From the human T2T-CHM13v2.0 reference genome, Homo sapiens, in NCBI RefSeq assembly GCF_009914755.1, contig NC_060945.1: a stretch of DNA of 64,000 bases. One strand, given 5' to 3'. Numbering within the stretch: position 1 is the stretch's first letter; each line of letters opens with the position of its first letter. The translations under genes were made by a program, and so were the position numbers. The notes below the pieces were generated by a model. That model saw only the letters and a list, made by a program, of their open reading frames with translations. It searched no databases and had not been told where the DNA came from. This document shows, piece by piece, positions 26,745 to 41,248 of this stretch.

Positions 26745-26890
26745 AGATTATGCAAATGCTCATTTCATTTTCCTACTTCTGAGTGAGGCCTGGGCACAGT
26801 TTTAAAGCTGCAAGACCCCAGCACTCGCTATCTCTGCTGCCCAGCTGGCGCGCACAACCAAAGGATTATGCATAAGATGCACGTGGTTCA
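26745..26890. promoter_or_regulatory. Candidate enhancer-like motif cluster (octamer, palindromic TTATGCATAA, E-box)
   Basis: ATGCAAAT 26750-26757, TTATGCATAA 26866-26875, CACGTG 26880-26885 and GGCGCGC in apparently non-repeat DNA; motifs only, no functional evidence. Confidence 0.25.
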
Positions 26891-27763
26891 CGGAGCCAAG
26901 ACATTTATGCGGAGCTCAAAGGAATCTGGCATACTGTGGTTCTCGGGGGCTTAGAATGAAGATTTTAAAAATACATTTCCATGATTTTCACCAGCTTATC
27001 TCAACCAAGAGGTTAAATATTAGAGAGAGAGGGAGAGAGAGAGAAAGAAAGAGAGGGAAGAAGGAAGGGGGTGGTTCACTGCTTCTGCAGCCAGGAATGG
27101 AAATAACTTTGATTCTTAGGTTATATTTGATCATCACCAAGTCCTTTCCTCATCTCCTCTCTTTCCGAAAATGTGAGATTCGTATCAGTGAATCTTCCAT
27201 ACCAAATTTTACTATAACCATTCCTTTTTCCAGGGTAGTCCCTCTAACATAGAAAAATATGCCTTGGCATCACTCAGGCTCAGAGGAAGGAAATGAACAT
27301 ACTATGCTATATTTTCATTGTCTCCACTTCTATATCTATAAATTAAATGACATAACTTGCTAGGAAAAAAAAAATGCCACGCTAGTCTGAGGATTTTGGC
27401 CGGGGGTCTCATGACTTTTTTTTTTTTTTTTTCACAACATCTCATTCAACAACCACTCCATAGCTTGAGGATATGCTCCCTCAAAATAAACGCACCTGTC
27501 ATCAGTGTTCCCGGATCAGAGACAGGCAGCTAATAAAAGGTTCATCAGGAATGGCTGAGAAGCCAGGGATCCAAGCGGAATCAAGCCCAGCTTTGTCATC
27601 TCAGCACTATCTCTGTCTGTGGTGAGTTACAGTTCCCTGTATAGACCAAAGACAGGACCCCAAAGAGAGGTAACCCAGAAAATCTACCTTTGCTAGAATG
27701 TGAAAATATGAAAAACATAAAGGTTGGGTATTTTTCAAAAATAGAAGGAGGCCCTTCTCATTC

Positions 27764-28654
<891 letters not shown>

Positions 28655-29240
28655 TAGGCAAAAGTAGCTATAGTTCTATGAGAACATCATAGAACTTAGT
28701 CTTTCTTAGGTGAATCTCAGAGATAAAATAACATACTGGAAGAAGAAATAAACCACAGCTCTATTTGTCTTAATCTTTGATTTGTAATAAACAGAAACAA
28801 TCAAGGGAGATTCTTTTTTCTGTATTTGCCCTGCTGTGTACGTCAGGTGTTGACTACCCATGTGTAATCCTAAACTTTCAAATGGAATTTCCCTGGTAAC
28901 GAGATGGTAACATAACTGCTAACAGACCCCTGCATATCAGTGAACCATGCATAACTTTAACAAATGCAATGCAAAGGGTGGTGGTCTGCATGGATTATTT
29001 CTATCAAAAATGAATTTATGCATTCACCATTAGAAGCAGATGCAAGACTATAGCTTAAAAGCAAATTAGAATTCAAGCTGGATTTGCAAACATTCCAGTT
29101 TAACATTTGGATAGCAAAGGAACTCAGAGTTTATAAAATTTAAATATAAGATAGACAGTCACAATTCTGTGCAAGCAGTCAGGGTTAATTCAGATCGTTT
29201 CCTCTGCTCTTGCATTCCCTGATTTCAAGCACGGCGAGGC

Positions 29241-29362
29241 TGGGGCTGTAATTACGGAATGGGTAGTACTCACTGTTCACCAGTTGTGTGTAAGCTTTAA
29301 ACTAATAACTCAGCAATTACGAGAAAAATGAGCGGTAATTACACCCATTTTACTCGCGGCTA
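29241..29362. other. Ancient-looking palindromic element centred on TTTAAA (29296-29301)
   Basis: Arms 29256-29279 and 29329-29351 pair (with G-U); inner and outer arms pair partially; several retained CpGs. Confidence 0.55.
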
Positions 29363-29469
29363 GACAGATGGGACATTTTCTCCTCGTTATTGGCAAACTG
29401 TCACCACATTTATTTCATTTTTACTGTTTACTATTTGTTGTGCTTTGATTAAGAGTAATTATAGGCTAG

Positions 29470-29583
29470 GAAAATATGAAAAACATGAATGTTGGGTATT
29501 TTTAAAAATAGAAGGAGGCCCTTCTCCCTGTTTTATATTGATAGAATTCTCATTTTAGATCCTATTAAAATGATATCAACATT
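29470..29583 (+). repeat. Local duplication 3, copy B (uninterrupted version of 27702-27759 plus 28601-28653)
   Basis: gaaaatatgaaaaacat...gaaggaggcccttctc joined directly to ttttatattgatagaattctcattttagatcctattaaaatgatatca. Confidence 0.95.
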
Positions 29584-30749
29584 CTCAAGATATTTCCAGG
29601 CAGGCTTCAGTTCTGTGACAGCTTTTCAGCAGGGGATTCCCATGTTTGCTCATTATTTGGGTCGTCATAGACCCATAAATATCCTGCATTTTTTTTTTTT
29701 TTACAGCAGCCTCTGTGTCCCTCACACTCGTCCATTTTGGTCCATTTTGGTCCATTTTGTGTCTGATGATAAAGCACAGGAGAAATCCACCCGTCGCTGG
29801 GATCCACAGGGGAGTAACGCCAAAACACGGCACCGCTACTGTCTTCGCAGCTTTTAGGATGAGGAGCCTATTTCTCTCCCATCACTGTAAAATAATTTTA
29901 TGTATGTTGTCCAGTAGAACAATGATGTTGAGAGTTCTTTCTACAATTTGCCTCAGAAGCTTTTTAGTATGTGACATTAGTTTTAAGATCATGTGATACT
30001 TAGATACTGACAAAGTATGAGCAGTACTGATAACACCAGTGGGAAAAATAGATTTGAATTTATTTTGTGCGCTCATGTTTGTAGAAAGTACTATTAATAT
30101 TTAATTGATGTGGGCTAGAAATTTGAACGATTTTGAAAGAAATGTGAATAACAAATCAGTACATATAGAATGAACATACAATGAGCACAAGTTTTAGTTA
30201 ATATTTAAAATGGTATCTATTTTAGAGTGAGCCTCCATGTGTAAAATAATGTACAATTTGTATGGTTCTTCGTGATGCTTTGTGTATGTGTATGTGTGTG
30301 CATGTGTGTGTGTGTGTGTGTGTCATGATTAGCTAGGCTGTGGTTCCAAATTCTAAACCCTTAAAGTTACAGCCCCAGGAGAAATAAAAGCCATCACAAT
30401 TCACAACTGGCCTGCATTGAAGCATGATTTTGCAAACAAAAATGCTTTTTCCCTCCATAAAAGTCATACTTGAAAATATCTGAGAAGTTATTTTTGGCAT
30501 CAGTTTTTCTTAATGGGAGGAGAAAAAAACCCATGCCTTGTTCTACACGGGCTCCATATCGATTCATGGAAGTGCCATGTGTTAAGCACCGACTTGCTAA
30601 TAGTGCTGCCTGTGTGGTGATCTGCTGAGCTAGCGCCATGCACAGAATTGATTAGTTCCCTTAATGAGCTTTAGATTGTGCTTCTACCAGAATAAGGACG
30701 CAAAGCAGGGGAAAGTGTGCATCTGGAGAAAACCCACCTCAAAGCAGCT

Positions 30750-30804
30750 GCAGAGAGGAAAATCAAGAGAAGTGGCAGAGAGGAAAATCAAGAGAAGTGG
30801 CAGA
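30750..30804. repeat. Perfect 25-bp tandem duplication
   Basis: gcagagaggaaaatcaagagaagtg x2 plus gcaga. Confidence 0.95.
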
Positions 30805-32348
30805 AAACTATGGGAAGGTGGGACTTGAGGGGAGACCTGGAGACAAGGCCACCTTTTCTTTTTCAGAAGATGCTGCAGCTTGCTCCATCCCTGACTTTCT
30901 CCCCAGCGGAGGGAGAACAGGGCAGGGTGATGTGCAAACCTCAGTCCCCAGCAATGACCATGTGCAGCATGGAAAACTGGGGTCCCCTCTTGTCTCTGCC
31001 CTTACCATGTGGGTAACCCTAACACCCCTCCCTGATCCGCAGCTTCCTGTAAACGAGGGGAAGAGACGGAGGATGCAGCCATCTGTGTCTTCATTTGTGT
31101 GCAACTGCATTATGAAATTTTAACTAAAAATGTTCCAGAGAAAGCAAACAGTGTAAAGCTATTAAGGAAGGCGGTTTAGCTAATGGATAACCGATGACTG
31201 ATGTGTGTATAAGTGAGAGATGGGGATGGAGATTCTGGGATGCTGGCGGAGGCTCTGGGAGCGCAGGTAAACAGGCCCAAGAGATGTGGAGAGCAGAGGT
31301 TGTCACAGACACATGCCATCTGCATAGGGCTCAATCTGCCGTTAGTAATTTGGATAAGTATCCAAAGTTTACAGAGAAAGGAAGAAGGCAGAAAAGGAAC
31401 TACAGAATCAAACAGCTCCCCTTTCCTCTCTGCCACACTCACACCCCACACACACAAAAACACCACACGCACACACACACCAGGGGACAATGAGATGTCA
31501 GATAAGCCTCAGAACTTCTACGGTGTTTTACACAGTACGTGAAAGCAATTTAGGAAATCATTCCTACTTTCGGAAAGAAATATAAACAGACAACATTATC
31601 TAGTCTATTGTGTTCATGTTGAAAGAGAACAACTGCATAAGAGCCCTACTGTTTGTGTAAAAAGAAACTGTCTTCATGTAAAATAACCAAACCTAGTAAT
31701 ACATAGGAGAACGATGCTGCATGGAATTTTACATATGTAACTCAGCGTTTATTTTGCCTCTTGCCTTTAGTAAATATGCAAGGGTTTTTCTAATGAGATA
31801 AACAGAGCGCATGGCAGTGTGGATAAGATGCACAGAGCAAGCTGCTCTAGAATGTTGGTGGCCCCATGGGTGTGGTCTGGGTGGTGGACGTTTAAATCTA
31901 CCTCACGGAAGCAGCTAGATGAGTGTTATACAAGGAAACGGGGCGAGAGAAAACAGACATGAGCTGGTTTCCACTAATTGTAGGAAAAGGTATCTTGATT
32001 AAGTATTCAGGATGCTTTCTCTTTCTCTAGAAGCTCAAAAGAAGCCTTTTGTTTCCTGTAGCAATGCCCATTTGCCAGATCACATTTAAGTCAAGCAGAC
32101 GGTTATTTGAGTGAAAACAAACCAATTTGCTTTTGCTGGTTCCAGTTCTTTCTTTTGGTCACAGGCTTTCAAAAGAAGCTTTCTTTTCTCCTTCTCTTAA
32201 ATATGTAACACAAGAGATTCAACATGATTGAAAATATCTAGAAGAGAAGTTCTAGAATATCCTAATCTTAAGGCTTGGATTTTCAGATAAGAATTTATTT
32301 GACTCCTATTTGGTGGATTTATTTACTCTGACATGGAGAGCCTTACTA

Positions 32349-32678
<330 letters not shown>

Positions 32679-32689
32679 TTATATTCATG

Positions 32690-32805
32690 TATTCCTGTTG
32701 TGGATTGGGATGGGAAAATCAAGGCTCAGAGAGGGTAAATATTTGTCCAGGGTGATACATCTTGTACTGGCACAGCTGGGCCCTGGCTGTTGGACTCCAC
32801 AGCCC
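32690..32805 (-). mobile_element. MIR fragment
   Basis: 'gatgggaaaatcaaggctcagagagggtaaatatttgtccagggtgatac...gactccacagccc'. Confidence 0.65.
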
Positions 32806-33049
32806 TGAAGGAACACAGAGATGAAGACTTCAATACTGGTGTTCCTCATGATGCAGGCTTCCCTGGTGAAGAGGGGCAGGTGCTAGTCTAAAGAATGAAG
32901 AAACACTGGAGGCGGAGAGCACAGCAGGGTGACATGGCTGGAACAGAGGCACGATACGTATGTATCCAGCACAAGCAAGAGGGAGCAGCTGATCTAGGTC
33001 ATAGTTAAAAGCACCCATTAGGAGTACTGAGAAATTACACCGGAAAGAG

Positions 33050-33515
<466 letters not shown>

Positions 33516-34207
33516 GGCAGAGGGCCTCCCAGGAGACCCAGTGATGGGCTCTGTATTTGCTTTGATAAGAGCATAGAGCCTGGACTCAGGGCTCTGGGAT
33601 ACATAGGCTGGGGCTGCTGTGTGTTTCAGGCTCCTGGCACCTGCTGCAGTCTCTGGAGTGAACTAAAACTGTTTTCTATTAGAGGGATGAGTGGCGGGGT
33701 GGGTAGATGAAGAGACACTAGAGATTAATATGATAAAATTCCAGAGTGCAGCTCAGATATGTAGGAATAAGATCTGTCTGATGGCTACTGCCTGTAAATA
33801 CACAATGTTTTTCCTACTGTCTTGAACTGAGTAAGACAGATTGATATCTCATCTCTAAGTCACATTTGGGTGGCCTTCAGGAAGGGGCCTGACTTCTTCT
33901 TGTTTTATTTTCTCTAGCTTGGAGAAACAACATATTTTACAAGTGAGCAACCTGTTTGAGAACAGAAATTTTGCAAACATCAGAGGGTCATGGTGAAATT
34001 ATTGTAGAAAACTTTGGTTTAAATTCAGTTTCGCGAGCTGCTCAGGAGGACTTCAGAGCCTTAACTGTGCACTGAGAAGCTCTCAGGGGAGAAACTACCT
34101 CCACAGGTCACCCACCAATTTCAGAGTGGACTGCAAAGCTCTGGCTTGAGATGGCAGAGGTTCAACTAATTTGGGATGCCGGCCAAGAGTGGACTCTTTT
34201 GCTTTGC

Positions 34208-34567
34208 TGTTGGCTGAATGGTGTCTCACCAACAAAATTCATATATTGAAGCCCTCAGTCCCAGTAGAATCAGATTTGTAGACAGAGTCTTCAAGTTAGA
34301 ATGAGGCTGTTAAAGTGAGCCCTAATCCAATGACTGGTGTCCTCATAAGAAGGTTGGCCACACACAGAGATACCAGGGATGTGTGCACAGAGGAAACACC
34401 ATGTGAGCACACAATGAGTATGCAGCTACCTGCAAGCCAAGGAGAGGCCAAACTTGCCAACACTTAGTCTTGGACTTCCAGCCTCCAGAATGTGTGAAAA
34501 TACATTTATGTTGTTTTTGTTACCCAGTCTGTGGATTTTGTTACGGCAGCCTGAACAGACTAATCCA
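34208..34567 (+). mobile_element. MLT1A/B-like MaLR solo LTR
   Basis: 'ggctgaatggtgtctc...ccctaatccaatgactggtgtcctcataagaagg...ttggacttccagcctccagaa...gcagcctgaacagactaatcca'. Confidence 0.85.
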
Positions 34568-34986
34568 TGCTTCATTCCATCCACATTTGTTCAATTGAGA
34601 CCAGCAGGCTCACCATGCATAAAAACCATGGCAGATCTTGTTAAACTCCCAACTTCCCAAGCCCCAGCCCAGACATTCTAATTCAGTTGGTCCAAGACTG
34701 AGATTCAGAATGTGGGTGACTTCAGAACTCCGCCTAGAGAAACAGATTTCACAGCTTGGCAGAGTGAGCAAAGCCAGCACACAGCAGGTGCTTAATAAAT
34801 GCTTTCTGAATGGATGGGTTAATGGATGAACACGCTCTTTCAAATAAAAGAGTACAAAGCCAAACTCAGATAACTTTATGACATTTCTCACTTCAGCAAG
34901 CAGTGTTTGGTGAGTCAAGTGGTTTATCTGTAGTTGGGACCCTCATCAGAGTGAGTGAAAATAGAAAATGGATAGCTAACCAATGG

Positions 34987-35473
34987 TGAGGCAGGAGAAT
35001 AGGGTTTAGGGTAACCAAGGGTTAAGGCATAAGCAAGAAAACAGCAGGTTCGGCCAGTTCTAGGAAAGATTAGCACACAGGCCATGCCCTCACTCCTGTG
35101 ATGGCAAAACAGTAGTTTCCACCTCAGCCTCTGGTCCACTGTGGGCCAAGTCTTCACTTCAGCCTCTGATTGGTGGTGGGCCAATCTTTCATAGGGTGTG
35201 ACTAACTGGAGGCCTCGAAAGGGCACCTAGGGGTGTTACCAAATTCTTTTAGCTTAATAGAAACCCTAAAGAACATTGCATTCGGGGCTCTTGAGCTGCT
35301 TGCTTGAGCCTGCTCCCACTCTGTAGAGTGTACTTTCACTTCAGTAAAGCTGGACTTTTGTTACTTCGTTCATTGCTTCATTCCTTGTTGCATTTTTTGT
35401 GGATTTTGTTTAGTTCTTTGCTCAATGCACCAAGAACCTGGACAACTCACAGTCAAAACGTTCCATCCCTAAA
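34987..35473 (+). mobile_element. ERV1 solo LTR, MER51/MER61 group
   Basis: Starts tgaggcaggagaatagg; 'gagcctgctcccactctgtagagtgtactttc...ttttgtttagttctttgctcaatgcaccaagaacctggacaac'. Confidence 0.75.
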
Positions 35474-36758
35474 ATCTGAGGAGATATATAGTCATTCTTC
35501 TTTTTAAAACAGTTTCAAAATACAACTGCCAAATTTTAAAAATTGTTTTCAAGTTACTAAAGCCAAGCACTCATACCCTTCTACCAAATTTTGCAAGTAA
35601 AGATTCAAGAAAAAAACACTTCATTTTATTCCAGCTTCAGGTTTTGGCCACAGAAGCATACACATACCGGGGGCTGCCAATCTAGGACACTTTCCTAGCA
35701 CAGCCTAGAAAGAGCATGATGGGCTCTTTTGAGAATAATTAACGTACTCTCTTCTTGCATCCTTTCTCCCTAATATTTCCTTTCCCTTCCTTCTGTGGTG
35801 GTTGTTTGATGTCCTGAAAGCCACAGCAATTAAAGAAAATGTTCTTGAGCATAGAAATAACAATCAGCCCTGTTTCTTACAGTTTTGATGATTGAGTATG
35901 CTACACAGGCATCCGAAACCACAGAGATGCAATAACTGAATGTAAAGTATCCGATAAAGAGCAGTATAAATCATGAACCAAGAGTAAAAATGTTTTATTA
36001 GAGATGATGATACATAAAGATGAAATTCAGCTGGACTGTAGAAGGCTGTTAATTGAATTAGGGTAAAATAGTGAAAATTGGAACTGATCCATATTTGTGG
36101 AATCATGTGATGCTTTAATTCAGTTTTTTTTTTAGTAGGCATCCACTATTTAGTAAAGACTTATAACTATAAGTAGTATGAGAAGAATAGGTAGGACGAT
36201 TCCTAAATCTCATAGCAATCAGGCAGGCATACACGGTGCCCCTCTTCATGTTTTATGTTAGAAATGCACAATCCAATTCTCTATCTGAGGTAAATACTCC
36301 TGTAATTCACAAAACACTGTGATGTGTTTTGATGATATTAGGTCATGGGTCTAAAAAATCAAGTGGTTATTATACAATTATTTTACCATATTCACTTCTA
36401 AATTCATTTCAATTTAGAAAAATGGAAAAATTGAGCAAAAAGTATTTTGTTGTGTCCAGGGAATATTCCAAAACAATAAATTATTTAAACTGTCTTGGGA
36501 CATCAAAAATATTTCCTCTATAAAATACAATGGGTGCAGAGTGAAAAACAATACAAGTATTAGAACCTTAGAGCCTTTAGCCTATAAAATTAACTGCACT
36601 AAATGAAAAGATACCGTTCTTGGAGGCGGTGGAGGAGATAAAGTACCACCATGAAGTTTGAGCCGATGAAGGGAGCAGGCTGTGAAACTAGGATTGAAAA
36701 GAAAGACACAGGGTGGAACATAAGGCCTAGAAATTAATCCTGAAAATCACTAAAAGAA

Positions 36759-37041
36759 GTGGCTCCTGGCTGCAATCCTAGCACTTTGGGAGGCCAAGGC
36801 AGGTGGATCATGAGATCAAGAGATCGAGACCATCCTGGCCAACATGGTGAAACCCTGTCTTTACTAAAAATACAAAAATTAGCTGGGTGTGGTGGCATGC
36901 ACCTGTAGTCTCAACTACTTGGGAGGCTGAGGCAGGAGGCTTGACCCCAGGAGGTGGAGGTTGCAGTGAGCTGAGAGCTTGCCATTGCACTCCAGCCTGG
37001 GCAACAGAGTGAGAGACTCTGTCAAAAAAAAAAAAAAAAAA
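36759..37041 (+). mobile_element. AluSc-like
   Basis: 'ggatcatgagatcaagagatcgagaccatcctggccaacatgg'; pure A tail. Confidence 0.92.
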
Positions 37042-38861
37042 GGGGGGCTGTTCACCTGATACCATGAGCACTGATTTCTTGTTAGCAAAGAGAACTCACG
37101 TGGCATTGACTGATCTGGAGTCCATCGTGTTGCCCACCAAACTTCCTACAAACTTAGTTTCTGTTCTCTAGACATATCCTAGCTTTTCTTCCTTGGATGA
37201 AATATTTAGAGATGACAGAAATAATGACTTCCAACATGAAGCATGTAAAAGCGAAGAGTGGCTGGCAGAAAGGATTGCAGGAGAAAATGGAACACAAAAT
37301 TAACATATTAAGTAGAAAGCTGGTGTGCAGTTGAATTTCAGTGAGGCTGACTGGCCTTGCTCAGCTGCCAGGGAACACTCTCGACTCTTGTTTCCAATCT
37401 CTTCCAGGCCCTCCAGGGGCCCTGGACCATCTCTTGGGTCCCATCACAGCTGAGAGCCTCCATGCCCTGCATGCATGAATGCATCCACTTGCACACACAG
37501 CTCGGGACCAGTCTCCAAGGGTTTCTGCCAATATTCTCTTCTAAAGTTTCGCTTTGCTCTCTGCCATCACTCTATACTTTCTTGCCAAGAATTTATAACA
37601 TCATAAAGACACAAAGTTGTTCAAATTTTGCTCTGGGATTTTGAAGGAGGAAAAATTCAAGCCACAAATATGCATGGGGCTATGCAAATTTATCACTGTG
37701 AGAACAAGTTTTTCAGTCCTATTATCATCACTTTATTGGTGGCCGAATTGGAGGAGTTGTTAAAGTTCAGAAGACCAGCATTCACCACACGCTGTTATTA
37801 GGATGTCTACACTAATCATAGCTTACAAAGGCCAATCGATTTGCTCTGAAATTATAACAGCAACAATCTTTGCCTTAGTTCCTGTGTGGGTGAGCACTGT
37901 TTGTATATTTATATCCTTATTTCTGGAACATTAAAAACTCTTCTGTAATATATTTTTCCATCAGATATAGTTGAGAAAATAATTATAAATAGCCCATTAA
38001 ATGTTATGAAACAATAAAAAATCTGATTAAACATCAATCCCAGACTAAGAATATAATGTAAGATTTGATGAATTATGGCTAATTTTATGCCAGTTTTTAT
38101 GGTTATTAAATAAGTTTAATGGACCACTCGAAATTCCATTACATAAATCATAGTCCAAAGTCAGGTTCTCTTGTCTAAAATAGCAAAATTTCTAGTGATA
38201 GGACAAAAATTTAATAGTGCTAGCACAGTTATAAGACAAAATCTTTGGTGTAGTTAGGATAAAAACTATATATTATTTGAGAAATTATGTCCATTCAAAA
38301 TATTCCTTCTAGAACTACATACCTTCAAACCTCATCAGATAATAGTAGCTAATAGCTATTTTTCATTTCATAATGCAGAAACCCTAGGACCTTTCAACAT
38401 TAATACAAATGTGGCTGCTTTATATAATGCCTCACATCTGCATGAAAAATAAGACACCCAACAGCATCCAGCTGACTCTAAATGTCCAGATGCTGGGAAT
38501 GATTCACCCATGTGTCTTCCACATTGAATGTGCCAAACAGTGACGCTGAGTGGGCAATGATGTGCTGCATAGGGGGAGGGAGAGATACTGACATTTGTTA
38601 GGGAAATAAAATGAATTAACTTGGTGCATGCAACAGCACATGCACCGAGTAGCAAGAAAACAAATAAATAGAGAAAGAAAGCAGTTGTAGTTCACATACT
38701 TGCAAAATTTGGAAAAGTAAAATAAAAGACTCAGTAACTGAAAAGATTCAATAACTGCTGTGCTGCATGTATATCTGGGGTGATACTAAAATAATTCAAC
38801 AACCTGCACAAATACATAAATTAGTAATTAAAAACTTTCCTCTAATTTCATACATATCCCT

Positions 38862-38863
<2 letters not shown>

Positions 38864-38897
<34 letters not shown>
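38864..38897. repeat. (AC)17 microsatellite
   Basis: Direct count. Confidence 0.95.
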
Positions 38898-38903
<6 letters not shown>

Positions 38904-39032
38904 ACTGCTCAGCAAGTTTCTGAAGCTATAGCATTGTTTACCCAACTGTCCTGACACTTCTGATTTTAGGAATTGCTAGGGTGATCTCTCGTTTGGGCAG
39001 ATGTCCCAAGCTGACGTCCGTGGCTGAGCTGT

Positions 39033-39685
39033 TGATAGTGGCAGGAGACAGACAAATCCCTAGGCAGACAGTGGTGGGTCCCCATTGAAACCCAACCTTC
39101 AAGCCGAAGACAGTTTAAAGCCTAGCTATAAGTCCTGGGTACATCCACAGACTGGATTGAGAACCTGTCTTTCCATTTTGGTGCACTTTTCTCTGATTGA
39201 TCCCCACCCTTCATCTATTTTACATATACCTATCCTTTCCTAATTAGTTTTCTACACTGTCGTGCCTTTGAGTGGTGTCTTCATTTTAACCTTTTTTGCA
39301 CACTCATAAACCAATCAGCACACACTCTCCATTTTGAGTCCATAAAAAGCTCCAGACCTAGCCACACTGGGAGATAAACAACCCAACTGAGGGGTTGGGG
39401 GACCACCCACTGTATCCCCTCTCCACTGATAGCTGTTCCATCACTCAATACAATTCTTCTCTGCCCATCCTCACCCTTGGAATTGTCAGTGTATCCTCAT
39501 TCTTCTTGGACACGGGACAGGAGCTCGGGAACTGCCAAACATGGGTACAAGCTATAGGACAGCAAGCTCAGCGGGTGGGGGTGCCTCCAATGGCAGGCCC
39601 GGGGCTGAGCAAGGCCCAGGCAGGGGGATATCGCCAGCCATGGAGGTCTCTTGTTGGCAAAGTGGCTGAGAAAAATTCTGCATCA
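39033..39685 (+). mobile_element. Complete ERV1 solo LTR (LTR29/MER50-like)
   Basis: TGAT...ATCA termini; perfect 4-bp TSD CTGT (39029-39032, 39686-39689); CCAAT (aaccaatcagc) and TATA-like cataaaa internally. Confidence 0.85.
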
Positions 39686-40971
39686 CTGTGATTTAGCCTC
39701 ACACACTTTATTGACCTCCCATTAAGCTAATAGTCATCAGGCCAGTGCACTACATCTGGTTACAAAAGAAGGTGTCTGGGCTGGGCATCACCCAGAAGCC
39801 AGCACTTTTCAGCTAGCTTGAACTTAAAAGACCATTGTCTTGGTCCCAACCCCAATTCCTCAAGGTTAGCCTCAGCCCCCACCCTGTTGGGTTGTCCCTG
39901 CCACCTCTGGCCCACTCCAGAGCAGCAGGAGGCATTGCACACATCCCACCTGGAACCTCCACCTCTGTCCACCTCCAAGACAGCCCCACTCCCAAGACCA
40001 CACCACCACCACAGCCTCCATGGGCCAACGTCATTAGATAATGCGTGGTCTCAAGTAAACTATTTCTGATTACCAACTACTACAGAAGAATTTAAAATAT
40101 ATATACTTTAGCAACACATTATGCCACATTGTTTTATGCTGGCTGGATACCTATTCTGGATACGCCTCTTTATGTGCTCTGACAAAGAAATCCCAATGCA
40201 ATGCCCTGGCAATGAGAACAGTGACACACAAACAATAATATGCAGGGGTGGAAAAAAACATGCCAAGGTAGTTCACATTAGGGGAGGTCTCAGAAGCGCT
40301 TTGAGAGGTGAGTGTGCCACAGTGAGGTCACAAAATAGAGATGTTGTGCAGGAAAGGTTCAGTTGAGCCCAGCTATGCCAGCAAGCCCAGGGCACTGCAG
40401 GCCAGGTAGTTGTCTCTCTGGATTGGATGGCACCAGCTCCTCTTTTCACTATATTTTGTCTCACCTATTCTGTCAGCAGTGCCTTCTGCAAGGAAACTTG
40501 GAGAGAGAGAGAGACAGAGTAGAGTTTGCTCCAGGTACAGACCTGGAGATTGCAGAAGGCTGGTGGCCTTGAGTCTCACTTCCAGGGTGCTCCACACTCT
40601 CTGTGAGATGAGCAGCACAGAGGAGGTCATAAGGCTGTGACCGACAACAAAGCTTATTGCAGGGGTGAAGGAGCAGGGGAGAAGTGAGCAATCACTTGCA
40701 ATTTTACCAGGTGCTATAAAATCACTGACGGGGACTTTTTTTTTCTTTTTTTAATTGAACTGCTTCCCAAGGTCAAATGCCCAAAACAAAAACCTCTTCA
40801 TCTGGAGAAGGCTTTATTTCATCCAAGCATCTCTAAGCATTTATTCCCTATCTGTCACATTTTGCATGATGTAGAGGCAACATTTCCACTTATCATTAAC
40901 TAAGTGGTTAGACAAGGTAGTTATCAATTTCACAAGGGTGGAGGTATTTAGGCAATTTTCATCAATGACAT

Positions 40972-41230
40972 TGTGATGGGTTAATTTTATGTGTCAACTT
41001 GACTGGGTTAAGAGATGCCCAGATAACTGGTTAAACATTATTTCTGGGTGTGTCTGTGAAAGTGTTTTCAGAAGAGATTAACATTTGAATCAGTGAACTG
41101 AGTAAAGAAGATTGTCTTCAGCCACGTGGGCTGGCGTCGTCCAGTTCTTTCAGAGCCCGGATAGAACAGAAAGGCAGAAGAAGGAGGAGTTTTTCCACTC
41201 TCTTTTCTTGAGCTGGGACATCTGTCTTCA
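40972..41230 (+). mobile_element. MLT2 (ERVL) LTR 5' part
   Basis: tgtgatgggttaattttatgtgtcaacttgactggg...attatttctgggtgtgtctgtg...aacagaaaggcagaagaagg. Confidence 0.88.
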
Positions 41231-41248
41231 TTAATAAAGAAGTGGGGA

